Positions 1 to 7,905 of a stretch of 30,804 nucleotides of DNA are shown here, one piece after another. A program made the translations under genes and the position numbers. The stretch's first letter is position 1; every line of letters starts with the position of its first letter. The notes beneath the pieces are model-generated. The model did not search any database. It was not told the DNA's origin and saw only the letters and a list, made by a program, of their open reading frames with translations. This DNA is from a virus. Lineage: Duplodnaviria; Caudoviricetes. The stretch is taken from the IMG/VR virus record IMGVR_UViG_3300047561_000230, positions 1-30,804 of that record, one strand, 5' to 3'.

Positions 1-225
1 GGATAGAGTTGCCTACCATCATAGGATAATGTTAGGTGTATACTTAGATACATATACAGTATATAAGACCCCGTAGGGGTCCATATAACTACATATAGAA
101 TTCGTCTCGAAGTCAAGGTGATTCTAGTTACCTTTTTTAGTGGGATGATATATCTCTGTAGGAAGCGTGTTCGACTTCATACGCCTACTACACTTAAGGC
201 AAAGTGTAACTCCTAGTTGAATGAC

Positions 226-270
226 AAAAAGACCCCCTTACCCAGTAGACATACTAGGCGAGGGGGTCTT
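226..270 (-). terminator. Intrinsic terminator of the late operon (possibly bidirectional)
   Basis: Minus strand reads AAGACCCCCT-CGCCTAGTATGTCTACTGGGTA-AGGGGGTCTT-TTT, just after the holin stop. The plus strand also has a T-rich tail. Confidence 0.85.
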
Positions 271-282
271 ATTTATTTATAA

Positions 283-474
283 CTAGTTACTACCACGACC
301 AAACTCTGTGGCTGAGGAATCCAAAGCCTTCAGAAGAGGTCCTGCTACTGCTGCAATTCCTGCTGTTGCTAATGCCTTTAGGTCTGTATTACCTGCAAGG
401 TATAGAGCAAGCACAGCAGCGAAGGCTGCACGTGCATAAGAAATTGCAATTGCTTTTAGTTTAGTTGTATTCAT
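283..474 (-). CDS. Putative holin (63 aa)
   Basis: Two hydrophobic segments, charged C-terminus ending EFGRGSN, directly downstream of the endolysin. Confidence 0.7.
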   Translation of the reverse strand: MNTTKLKAIAISYARAAFAAVLALYLAGNTDLKALATAGIAAVAGPLLKALDSSATEFGRGSN

Positions 475-483
475 ATTCCATCC

Positions 484-939
484 TTAAGGGCGAGCAACGC
501 CCATTACAAGGGAGTAGGCACGTTTCTTTAGATACACACCATCTCCATTTGATTGACTACCCTTAGTGTCCCCTGAGGTATTACCCTCATAGACCATAAG
601 GTATTTCTTTCCATCGTTACTAGAGCAGATACCCACGTGGTCAGCCTCTGCGTCAGCATCGAATTGAAAGAAAACTATGTCTCCAGGTTGGGCTTTACCC
701 ACTGGAACTATCTTGCCTTTACTTGTAAACCATTTAAGTCCTGCTTGACAAGAAGCAAATCCCTTTTTAGTCTGGGCTGCAATTTTATCTCCTAGTCCTG
801 CTTGGTCAAAGCACCAAGATACAAACATTGCACACCAAGGGTTGTTGTTTAATCCATACCACTTGCCATACATACTGTCATTGTTCTTGCCTACTTCTTG
901 GTATCCAAGTTGTGACTTTGCTATATCTACTACGCTCAT
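484..939 (-). CDS. CHAP-domain endolysin (151 aa, catalytic domain only)
   Basis: Motifs NPWCAMFVSWC (catalytic Cys), DHVGI (His) and EGNT. Start placed at ATG 939, which overlaps the upstream TAA (TAATG), rather than 966. Confidence 0.88.
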   Translation of the reverse strand: MSVVDIAKSQLGYQEVGKNNDSMYGKWYGLNNNPWCAMFVSWCFDQAGLGDKIAAQTKKGFASCQAGLKWFTSKGKIVPVGKAQPGDIVFFQFDADAEADHVGICSSNDGKKYLMVYEGNTSGDTKGSQSNGDGVYLKKRAYSLVMGVARP

Positions 940-1523
940 TATTTTTTCCTTATCCATACTTGCCATCCCTTACGGAATATTTCTATTTCCTTTTCGTGCT
1001 TTGTTAGCCACGCATCTATCGCTGGCTTAGGGTTCTTATCTGTGCCATCTGGGTGGTCCCATTCATAATCATCAAAGGCTAGTATGCCACCAGATTTAAG
1101 TAAGTCCCAAGATAAGTCAGCATCTAAAGTAACTGATTCAGGCAGATGGTCTCCATCAATATAGATAAAGTCATACTTAACCTCACGGTTAGCCTTTAAC
1201 CAATCACCACTAAATGCTTTATGTGATGCTACCTTTTTAACATAAGGTTTCATCTGCTCCTTATAGGCTTCCTCTACATCATTCCAATCATAGATTGACT
1301 CGTGAGATAAGTTGCCACACCAAGGGTCTATATCTACAAGCAGAGATGATGGTTCTGTAAGGATGTTTTGCAGTAACCAAACAGATGCGTTGCCAGTGAA
1401 GACACCTATCTGCAAGAACTTAAGATTTTCTTTGCCTTTAAACTCTGCTAATCCATTCTCAAAGTCCTGGACTGTAGCATTATCATAAAACCATTTTGGA
1501 AAGTTATCCGCTTTACTCATCAT
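939..1523 (-). CDS. Class I SAM-dependent methyltransferase (Methyltransf_24-like)
   Basis: Motifs LQIGVFTGNAS, VDIDPW, YDFIYIDGDH and LKSGGILAFDDY. Confidence 0.85.
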   Translation of the reverse strand: MMSKADNFPKWFYDNATVQDFENGLAEFKGKENLKFLQIGVFTGNASVWLLQNILTEPSSLLVDIDPWCGNLSHESIYDWNDVEEAYKEQMKPYVKKVASHKAFSGDWLKANREVKYDFIYIDGDHLPESVTLDADLSWDLLKSGGILAFDDYEWDHPDGTDKNPKPAIDAWLTKHEKEIEIFRKGWQVWIRKK

Positions 1524-1680
1524 TAGAGTTACGCAATGGATAGGTAACTGCCCAGACTATTAAAGTTAGTATGATTGCATAACCAACCACAGTCTTTGCT
1601 GAGCCAGTAAGTACAACCCAAGCAATAAACATACCTAATAAGGTCCATAATTGTTGGACCATATCTCTTAATATCTTCAA
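1513..1680 (-). CDS. Small two-TM membrane protein (55 aa), not in the ORF track
   Basis: TTG start with AGGAG RBS, overlapping the upstream TGA. Translation MKILRDMVQQLWTLLGMFIAWVVLTGSAKTVVGYAIILTLIVWAVTYPLRNSNDE. Confidence 0.75.
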   Translation of the reverse strand: MKILRDMVQQLWTLLGMFIAWVVLTGSAKTVVGYAIILTLIVWAVTYPLRNSNDE

Positions 1681-2870
1681 GGTTTTCTCCTTTTGTATAA
1701 TTTAATGTTGTCGTTTGCAGATGGAGCACCACCGCCACTAGGTGTAGAGGTAGGTGTTCTAGCCATAGTTGCTGCGCCTACTGCATTAACAGCAGCCTGA
1801 GTAGCAATAACAGATGCGATAATTGTTTGCTCTGATTCTGTTCTTTCTTCTTCAGACATATCAGCACCAATGTTTGATAGTGCGGTTAGCACTTGTCCTG
1901 GGTTAGTAAATATTTCTGCAATTAATTCTGCTGGGCTTTCTAATAACTGTAGGGCTACTACTGTGCCAGCCTCTAGCACTACACCATTGTCTAATTGAAC
2001 TGGTGTTTCAGGTGCAAGGGTTTCTAATTCAACTTCATCTGCCTGTACTACCTCAATGGGTGGCTCTTCTGCTTCAGCAGGAGGGGCTTCTTCTTCTATA
2101 GGTGGTGCATCTACCTCAATAGGTGGTAGTTCTTCCTCTATAGGGGCAATCTCAGGCTCAGCAGGGGGTTCCTCAGCGGGTGCTGGAGGTTCGGCTACCT
2201 CCATAGGAGGCTCAGGTTCTGGTAGTATCTCCTCAACCAAAGGAGGTTCAGGTGGGACTGGAATTATTATCGGTGGCTCTATTACTACAATATCTGGAAC
2301 TGTTGGAACAATGGTATCAACTATTGGTTCAACTACGGGTGGCGGGGTAGGCTCGGGTGGCACTGGGATTTGGGTTTGGTTTTCTAATGGGTCTAGTGGC
2401 GGGGGCAATATCTCTGGCGTTTCTGGCTCTACTTCTGGAAGATTAATTAAGTTACTAGTTAAAGTATAAGTTCCAATAGGACTTTGTCCTGCAACTATGT
2501 AATCATATGATGTAGCACGGATAGTATAACTACCTGTGTTTAATGTACCTGTAAGTTTAGATGCATAGTAATTAGTTTCAGTATTATGATTACTGTCATC
2601 GTCTTGTCTTAAGATAGTATCACCTTGGCGTAATTGTAACCAAGAATCTATCCAATCAACACGTTCTCTTTGTGTACCATTAGGTGCTTGTTCAAATCTA
2701 GGACCAGTAGTTGTTTCAATTACATATTCAGTAGGTCCATTGACCTCTACTACTGTATCTACGTATGCAATATCTGGGGTTAATTCAATAAGTATTTCAT
2801 CAGCATATGCTACTTGTGGTATTAAAAGTAAACTAATCCCTATCAGAAAGGAGTAGATAAATTTGGTCAA
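1677..2870 (-). CDS. Secreted/cell-surface protein: signal peptide, PPC-like beta domain, Pro/Glu-rich linker, C-terminal hydrophobic helix
   Basis: N-terminal hydrophobic stretch ending AYA|DE. Segment DSWLQL..RQDDDS..GSYTIRATSY resembles pre-peptidase C-terminal domains. Long PEPP/EEPP linker and basic tail KRRKP. Confidence 0.65.
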   Translation of the reverse strand: MTKFIYSFLIGISLLLIPQVAYADEILIELTPDIAYVDTVVEVNGPTEYVIETTTGPRFEQAPNGTQRERVDWIDSWLQLRQGDTILRQDDDSNHNTETNYYASKLTGTLNTGSYTIRATSYDYIVAGQSPIGTYTLTSNLINLPEVEPETPEILPPPLDPLENQTQIPVPPEPTPPPVVEPIVDTIVPTVPDIVVIEPPIIIPVPPEPPLVEEILPEPEPPMEVAEPPAPAEEPPAEPEIAPIEEELPPIEVDAPPIEEEAPPAEAEEPPIEVVQADEVELETLAPETPVQLDNGVVLEAGTVVALQLLESPAELIAEIFTNPGQVLTALSNIGADMSEEERTESEQTIIASVIATQAAVNAVGAATMARTPTSTPSGGGAPSANDNIKLYKRRKP

Positions 2871-3030
2871 CGCGGGCTTCCAATCTATTGACTTGGTCTT
2901 TTACCGAACTGCCCCCGTTTGGTTTTAATTCTTCAAGATAATGTTTGACTAGCCATCTTACCATTAAGGCAAATGAACCAATCAAAGTGCTTGTCGCTAC
3001 TGCTAATGCAGCCCAGTCTTGCGCTGTCAT
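2833..3030 (-). CDS. Small single-TM membrane protein with C-terminal coiled coil (lysis-cassette type)
   Basis: N-terminal TM followed by ELKPNGGSSVKDQVNRLE; coupled to the upstream stop. Confidence 0.7.
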   Translation of the reverse strand: MTAQDWAALAVATSTLIGSFALMVRWLVKHYLEELKPNGGSSVKDQVNRLEARVDQIYLLLSDRD

Positions 3031-4985
3031 TATACTGTCCTAACCATAATCTCTATGATTCCTCCAAAGCCATCGAATCGTCTATCAGGTGGTGTCATAC
3101 GGGTAAATGATATCTCTTCTATAACTGCTTGCAATGATTCAGATGTAGTTAAATCTTGCCAGGTGATAACATCACCAGTCTTTTCAATCTCTTCTAGTAA
3201 TCTGATACGGTCAAATGCTCTACCTTCATAACCAACAATAGTGTTATATCTATCTGTCTCTATATCAAAGCAGTAAACAGGAAACTTAATAACTCTTACG
3301 CGAGGCGTAGCAATAGTTGACTTAGCCTGATATCCCTTAAAGGTAGGTCCAAGGGTAGTATCAGTACTATCACGGGTAAATGTAAACTTATATGCTAAAA
3401 ACTCTTGGGCTTCAGCGGGAACAGATGTAGTTACCTCTACTGGATTTACGTTTGCTGAGTATCCAATATGGTCATACTCTGTCTCAGTACCACCAGCATT
3501 AGTGGCAATAGAAGATAGTAATGTTTCTCCAACAGTAAATGAACCTCTAGCAATCAAACGCTTAAAGTTCTTAGGCTCTAAGGTTCCGTATCTAATCTTA
3601 CCTGTCTTTATATACCCAGTTTCGGCTAGTACTGTAGTCGACTGGATAGCAATACCATTACTACCAGATGTAGTAAATGCTATCTGGTCTGAGTTACCTA
3701 CAAAGTCTACGCTAGTAGCATAGCCGCCTACTCCACTAAGGAAGGTATCGCTAGCATAAGCAAAGCGCAAGGTCTCAAGTTCGTTACCTAAATCAATTCT
3801 GTATAGTCCAGGACAACCACCAATAGAACCAGTTACCCATATAAATCTATCTCTAAATGCAAAGTCTAATCCTGTATTGGCTGCTTCAATAATTAATGGA
3901 CCATAACTTAGGTCTCCATTAGTATCTGATATAGATGCTACACGCACACCCTTGTTAGTGCCAATTACTAGGTAGCCTAGATAAGATTCAATCTTAAGTG
4001 GATACTCACCACTAGGTAATTGCGCTGCAATAATACCTGAGGTAAGAGTTGGCATAACACCAGCAGTAGATAAAACAAACTTATAGATAGCACCATTGGT
4101 GCCAAGATAACCAGCAGCATAGATGGCAGAACCACCCTCAGATATGGATGTCCAAATCCAATCAGAGTTAGGATGTGTATATGTAGCAGTTGGTAAGGCT
4201 CTACTTGTTCCTTTGGTGCCAGTTAACTCATAGATACCTGCACCTACGCCAGCAACAAGACGTTGTTTAACCCAAGCAAGTACTACTCGCTCACTACCAG
4301 TAGCGTAATACTCTGAGTAACCAGAAGCAGGTACTGCAATTTCACCTGAATAAATGTGGTCATTATCTGCTACGAATAGGTGTGCGCCATCTGTTGCAAT
4401 AGCAAGGGTGGCTGTATCTAATCCAGCAGTAACTACATCTGTATAAGTAACAGCAGTTCCACTAGCAGTATAGTTTTTAATAGTTGTATTTGCTGGAGTC
4501 CAACCAAGTATCTTATCAGTTCCTGTATCTACTATAGATAGAACTTTATATATACCAGTAGTAACACCAGTTAAGTTGGCTGTCTCTTTAAGTAGAGTTA
4601 CTTGTCCCTTAGTAAATACATCTACATTAGAAGAGTCGGCAAATCTGTGTGCTGTTGTCTCACCACCAGATGGGTCATAAAACTTAATACCTGTGCCAGA
4701 ATGGAAAGATGATTGACTTCTAATCCACCAGCCAGTAAGTGATTGCTCACCTGGCTCTTGGTTATTATCAAATTGTTCTTTCTTATAAGGAGCAGTCTGT
4801 CTAATGTATGGCCTAGCATCTGATACTGCATAGATGAATGGCATACCACCAAGGGCTACATCATAGGCTACATCTGTATTTGTCCAGACAGAACTATCTG
4901 CTGTAATACCAAGGTCAACGGCAATAGCACGACCAATGCTGGCAGTTGCCGAACCTCGTCCTTCGGTTATATCACGACTGACCAC
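3030..4985 (-). CDS. Putative tail tubular protein B / nozzle (651 aa)
   Basis: Beta-rich with propeller-like repeats; size and position after the fibre genes. Function inferred. Confidence 0.55.
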   Translation of the reverse strand: MVSRDITEGRGSATASIGRAIAVDLGITADSSVWTNTDVAYDVALGGMPFIYAVSDARPYIRQTAPYKKEQFDNNQEPGEQSLTGWWIRSQSSFHSGTGIKFYDPSGGETTAHRFADSSNVDVFTKGQVTLLKETANLTGVTTGIYKVLSIVDTGTDKILGWTPANTTIKNYTASGTAVTYTDVVTAGLDTATLAIATDGAHLFVADNDHIYSGEIAVPASGYSEYYATGSERVVLAWVKQRLVAGVGAGIYELTGTKGTSRALPTATYTHPNSDWIWTSISEGGSAIYAAGYLGTNGAIYKFVLSTAGVMPTLTSGIIAAQLPSGEYPLKIESYLGYLVIGTNKGVRVASISDTNGDLSYGPLIIEAANTGLDFAFRDRFIWVTGSIGGCPGLYRIDLGNELETLRFAYASDTFLSGVGGYATSVDFVGNSDQIAFTTSGSNGIAIQSTTVLAETGYIKTGKIRYGTLEPKNFKRLIARGSFTVGETLLSSIATNAGGTETEYDHIGYSANVNPVEVTTSVPAEAQEFLAYKFTFTRDSTDTTLGPTFKGYQAKSTIATPRVRVIKFPVYCFDIETDRYNTIVGYEGRAFDRIRLLEEIEKTGDVITWQDLTTSESLQAVIEEISFTRMTPPDRRFDGFGGIIEIMVRTV

Positions 4986-5008
4986 AGTGCTCCTTAATTA
5001 AAAATTGA

Positions 5009-5350
5009 TTAAACTATTTCTTCCCAAGCAAGATTAGCCTCAACCCATTGATATATTTTACCTACTGTTGTAGGCATAGGAGTTGGTGCTTCCCATAAAT
5101 AAGTTGTTGAATTCTTTGTCCAAGATGGATATGGTTGAGGGGCTGCAAAGCCAGTACCATCAAATGTATATCCAATTCCTGCATAATTTTTATGTAATGC
5201 TACTCCACCATCACGGCTGTTTACATTACCTGCTGTGTTGTATGAGGTTTGAACCCAAGTACCACTTAGGTTAGCCTGACACCACTCTTGAGAATTGGCA
5301 ACGATAACTTGTGTCACCACACCGTTTTCTACTTTTGCATAATGAGCCAT
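5009..5350 (-). CDS. Putative tail-fibre/adhesin accessory or chaperone protein (113 aa)
   Basis: MAHYAKVENGVVTQVIV...PQPYPSW..WEAPTPMP..YQW..W pattern; lies downstream of the Gly-rich adhesin. Confidence 0.55.
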   Translation of the reverse strand: MAHYAKVENGVVTQVIVANSQEWCQANLSGTWVQTSYNTAGNVNSRDGGVALHKNYAGIGYTFDGTGFAAPQPYPSWTKNSTTYLWEAPTPMPTTVGKIYQWVEANLAWEEIV

Positions 5351-5550
5351 TATTTATCCTTGTCTTCTCCATAGAGAACTGTTGTGTTTACTAATTTAAC
5401 ATCTCGCTTTGTAACTATTCCACCCTTTTCATCAAGTTGGGACTTAGCAGTTGCCTCATTATCGGCAATAATATGTACTAACATATTTACCTCATAACTA
5501 AAGCATTGTGTTGCCTTAGTTGGTTTGATTTCTTTTACATTGTCTTTCAT
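5350..5550 (-). CDS. Hypothetical protein (66 aa)
   Basis: AGGGG RBS; stop overlaps the next start. Confidence 0.7.
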   Translation of the reverse strand: MKDNVKEIKPTKATQCFSYEVNMLVHIIADNEATAKSQLDEKGGIVTKRDVKLVNTTVLYGEDKDK

Positions 5551-5565
5551 ATTTTCCCCTTTTTG

Positions 5566-7905
5566 TTAGATTGCATATCTGACTATTACTGTACCTGATG
5601 CACCTGTTCTTTCAAATGGACCACCTTTACCTGTGTTGGCAGTTGGAGTAGTATTTGCAGCAGTTCCACCAGTACCAGCACTACCTGGAGTAGGAGCGCC
5701 CATTCCTACACCGCCATTAGAATAGTAAGTTCCAAAGTATTGAAGTCCAGCACCAGCGTTTCCTCCTGTACCACCACCACTTCCATTTCCACCAATACCA
5801 CCTGCTCCACCTCCGCCACCAGTACCAAAAGTTCCTAACCCAGTTCCTGTTCCACCGTCATAACCTTGGCTAGCAGTTGCTGTTCCACCTACTCTATAAC
5901 CAGCCGTATTTGATGCTGCTCCACCACCACCTGAGCCTCCATTACCACCAGGCTGAGCATTATTATTATCTCCACCACGCCCACCACCTACTGCGGTTTG
6001 TGAATTAAATACAGTATTTGAACCAGAAGCATTTACTGCACCACCAGCACCAACCGTTACTGTGTAGTTTTGAGCAGTTAAGGAACCTGCTGTAATATAA
6101 ATTAAACCACCGCCTCCTCCACCGCCGCCGTAATTATTTCCTCCACCACCACCACCTGCAACAACTAAATAGTCAGCAGTTAATGATTGTTTAGGAGTGA
6201 ATGTTCCACTTGATGTAAATGTATGGTACCAATAAGTACCATCATTAGTAATATTTCCACCATTGGCTTTGGCTATTGAGTATCTAACAATAACAATTCC
6301 TGAACCACCTGCTCCCGCAGTAAGAGAACCTGATGTACCACCACCACCGCCGCCAGTATTAGCAGTACCGCTAACTGGTGCTGAAGTTGAACCTGCGCCA
6401 CCACCACCTGTACCGCCAGAACCATCTGAACCAGCACCAGCAGAACGAGTACCACCACCACCGCCTGCATAAGTTACTGATGAACCTGAAATAGATGTTG
6501 CAACACCATTACCACCATTGCCAGCAATATTGCCAGAACCTGCTTGACCAACTGCGCTAGCACCTCCGCCACCACCACCTGCAACATCAGTTACTGCGCC
6601 ATTACCTGCTCCAAGCCCACCTGCAAAACCTTGATTTGCTGTACCTGTACCAGCAACAGTTGCTGCTCCGCCAGACCATTGAGCCGCACCAGTTGCACCA
6701 CCTGAGCCACCATTTTTACCATTTACTCCTGGTGTTGGGCCACCTGCACCACCACCACCGCCAGTTGAAGTTATGGTTGAAAATACTGAGTTATTACCAG
6801 AAGTACCTGCTAATTCAGAACCTTGAACACCACCAGCGCCACCTGCACCAATAGTTACAGTATATCCTTGAGCAGTTAAAGATAATGGGGATTCTAAAGA
6901 ACCGCCGCCACCTGTTGCAGTTACTGTACTTCTTAAACCTCCAGCACCAGCACCAGACCAAAATCCACCGCCACCGCCACCTGCAACTACTAAGTAGTCA
7001 GCAGTAAGTGATTGAGTTGGTGTAAAAGTTCCTGATGAAGTAAATGTATGAATAAAATAATAACCGCTAAATGCAATTGTATCTCCACCTGTTGCATAAG
7101 CAGAACCAGTATAGAAATCACCTGATGAATTAAAAGTATGAATTGAATTGCCACCTGAAGTTGTATAAGTTCCGCCGTATGCTTTTTGTGTTGTACCAGA
7201 GTAGCGAGCAATTACAACACCTGAACCACCATTACCACCAGCACTATTACCAGCGCCACCACCACCGCCGCCTTTGTTTGCAGTAGCACTTGATGGACTA
7301 CTACCAGCACCAGCCGCACCACCACCATTTCCACCAGCAGCGTTTGAATCGCCTCCTGCGCCTCCTCCGCCACCTGCGTAAAAAGTTGCTGTTCCATTTA
7401 TAGAATTAGAAAGTCCTACACCACCTGCACCAGCATTGTAAGCATCTGCGGCGTTAGTTCCTGCTGCTCCAGCGCCTCCACCTCCGCCTCCTGACCTATC
7501 TCCACCTGAGCCGCCAGCATTACCTTGACCTGCTGGAGATGCAGAACCTGGTGAGGAATTTCTTGCACCACCACCACCTGAGCCGCCAGAACTAGCAGTA
7601 CTTGCATCAGTATTACCACCGCCACCACCGCCAGTTGAAGTAATTGTAGAAAATACAGAATTTGAACCAATATTTCCTGTATTAGCACCAGTACCACCAG
7701 CGCCAATTGTGGCCGTGTATAAAGTATTTAAATTTAATGTTAAAGCAGTTCCGCCAATAGATGTTTTATATCCACCTGCACCACCACCGCCTCCTGCACT
7801 ATTATATCCGCCACCTCCACTACCACCTCCAGCAACAACTAGGTAATCAACAACTAAGCCTAAGTTTCCTGAAATGGCTGATGCAAGAACTCCAAGTATT
7901 GGCAT
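5566..7905 (-). CDS. Glycine-rich adhesin-like tail protein with three tandem Gly-rich domains (779 aa)
   Basis: Three units from DYLVVAGGG to G.SG.VI.RY, separated by GG...HTF.SSG.F linkers. Confidence 0.75.
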   Translation of the reverse strand: MPILGVLASAISGNLGLVVDYLVVAGGGSGGGGYNSAGGGGGAGGYKTSIGGTALTLNLNTLYTATIGAGGTGANTGNIGSNSVFSTITSTGGGGGGNTDASTASSGGSGGGGARNSSPGSASPAGQGNAGGSGGDRSGGGGGGAGAAGTNAADAYNAGAGGVGLSNSINGTATFYAGGGGGAGGDSNAAGGNGGGAAGAGSSPSSATANKGGGGGGAGNSAGGNGGSGVVIARYSGTTQKAYGGTYTTSGGNSIHTFNSSGDFYTGSAYATGGDTIAFSGYYFIHTFTSSGTFTPTQSLTADYLVVAGGGGGGFWSGAGAGGLRSTVTATGGGGSLESPLSLTAQGYTVTIGAGGAGGVQGSELAGTSGNNSVFSTITSTGGGGGAGGPTPGVNGKNGGSGGATGAAQWSGGAATVAGTGTANQGFAGGLGAGNGAVTDVAGGGGGGASAVGQAGSGNIAGNGGNGVATSISGSSVTYAGGGGGTRSAGAGSDGSGGTGGGGAGSTSAPVSGTANTGGGGGGTSGSLTAGAGGSGIVIVRYSIAKANGGNITNDGTYWYHTFTSSGTFTPKQSLTADYLVVAGGGGGGNNYGGGGGGGGLIYITAGSLTAQNYTVTVGAGGAVNASGSNTVFNSQTAVGGGRGGDNNNAQPGGNGGSGGGGAASNTAGYRVGGTATASQGYDGGTGTGLGTFGTGGGGGAGGIGGNGSGGGTGGNAGAGLQYFGTYYSNGGVGMGAPTPGSAGTGGTAANTTPTANTGKGGPFERTGASGTVIVRYAI

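Noticed and set aside
86-116. Leftward promoter with TTGACT at 116-111
   Set aside because: No TANNNT -10 at 16-18 nt spacing.
1677-1680. Programmed frameshift fusing the 397-aa and 55-aa genes
   Set aside because: No slippery heptamer; the downstream gene has its own AGGAG RBS and an ordinary TTGA overlap.
1529-1738. 69-aa minus-strand ORF from the track
   Set aside because: An alternative frame (1513-1680) has an RBS, stop/start coupling and a clear two-TM product.
2056-2469. 137-aa Gly/Ser-rich plus-strand ORF, and other antisense or off-frame ORFs within 842-26445
   Set aside because: They are shadows of low-complexity or biased-codon real genes and have no independent expression signals.
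5566-7905. Diversity-generating retroelement template/variable repeat pair
   Set aside because: The repeats are in-frame protein domains differing at all base types, and there is no reverse transcriptase in the window.
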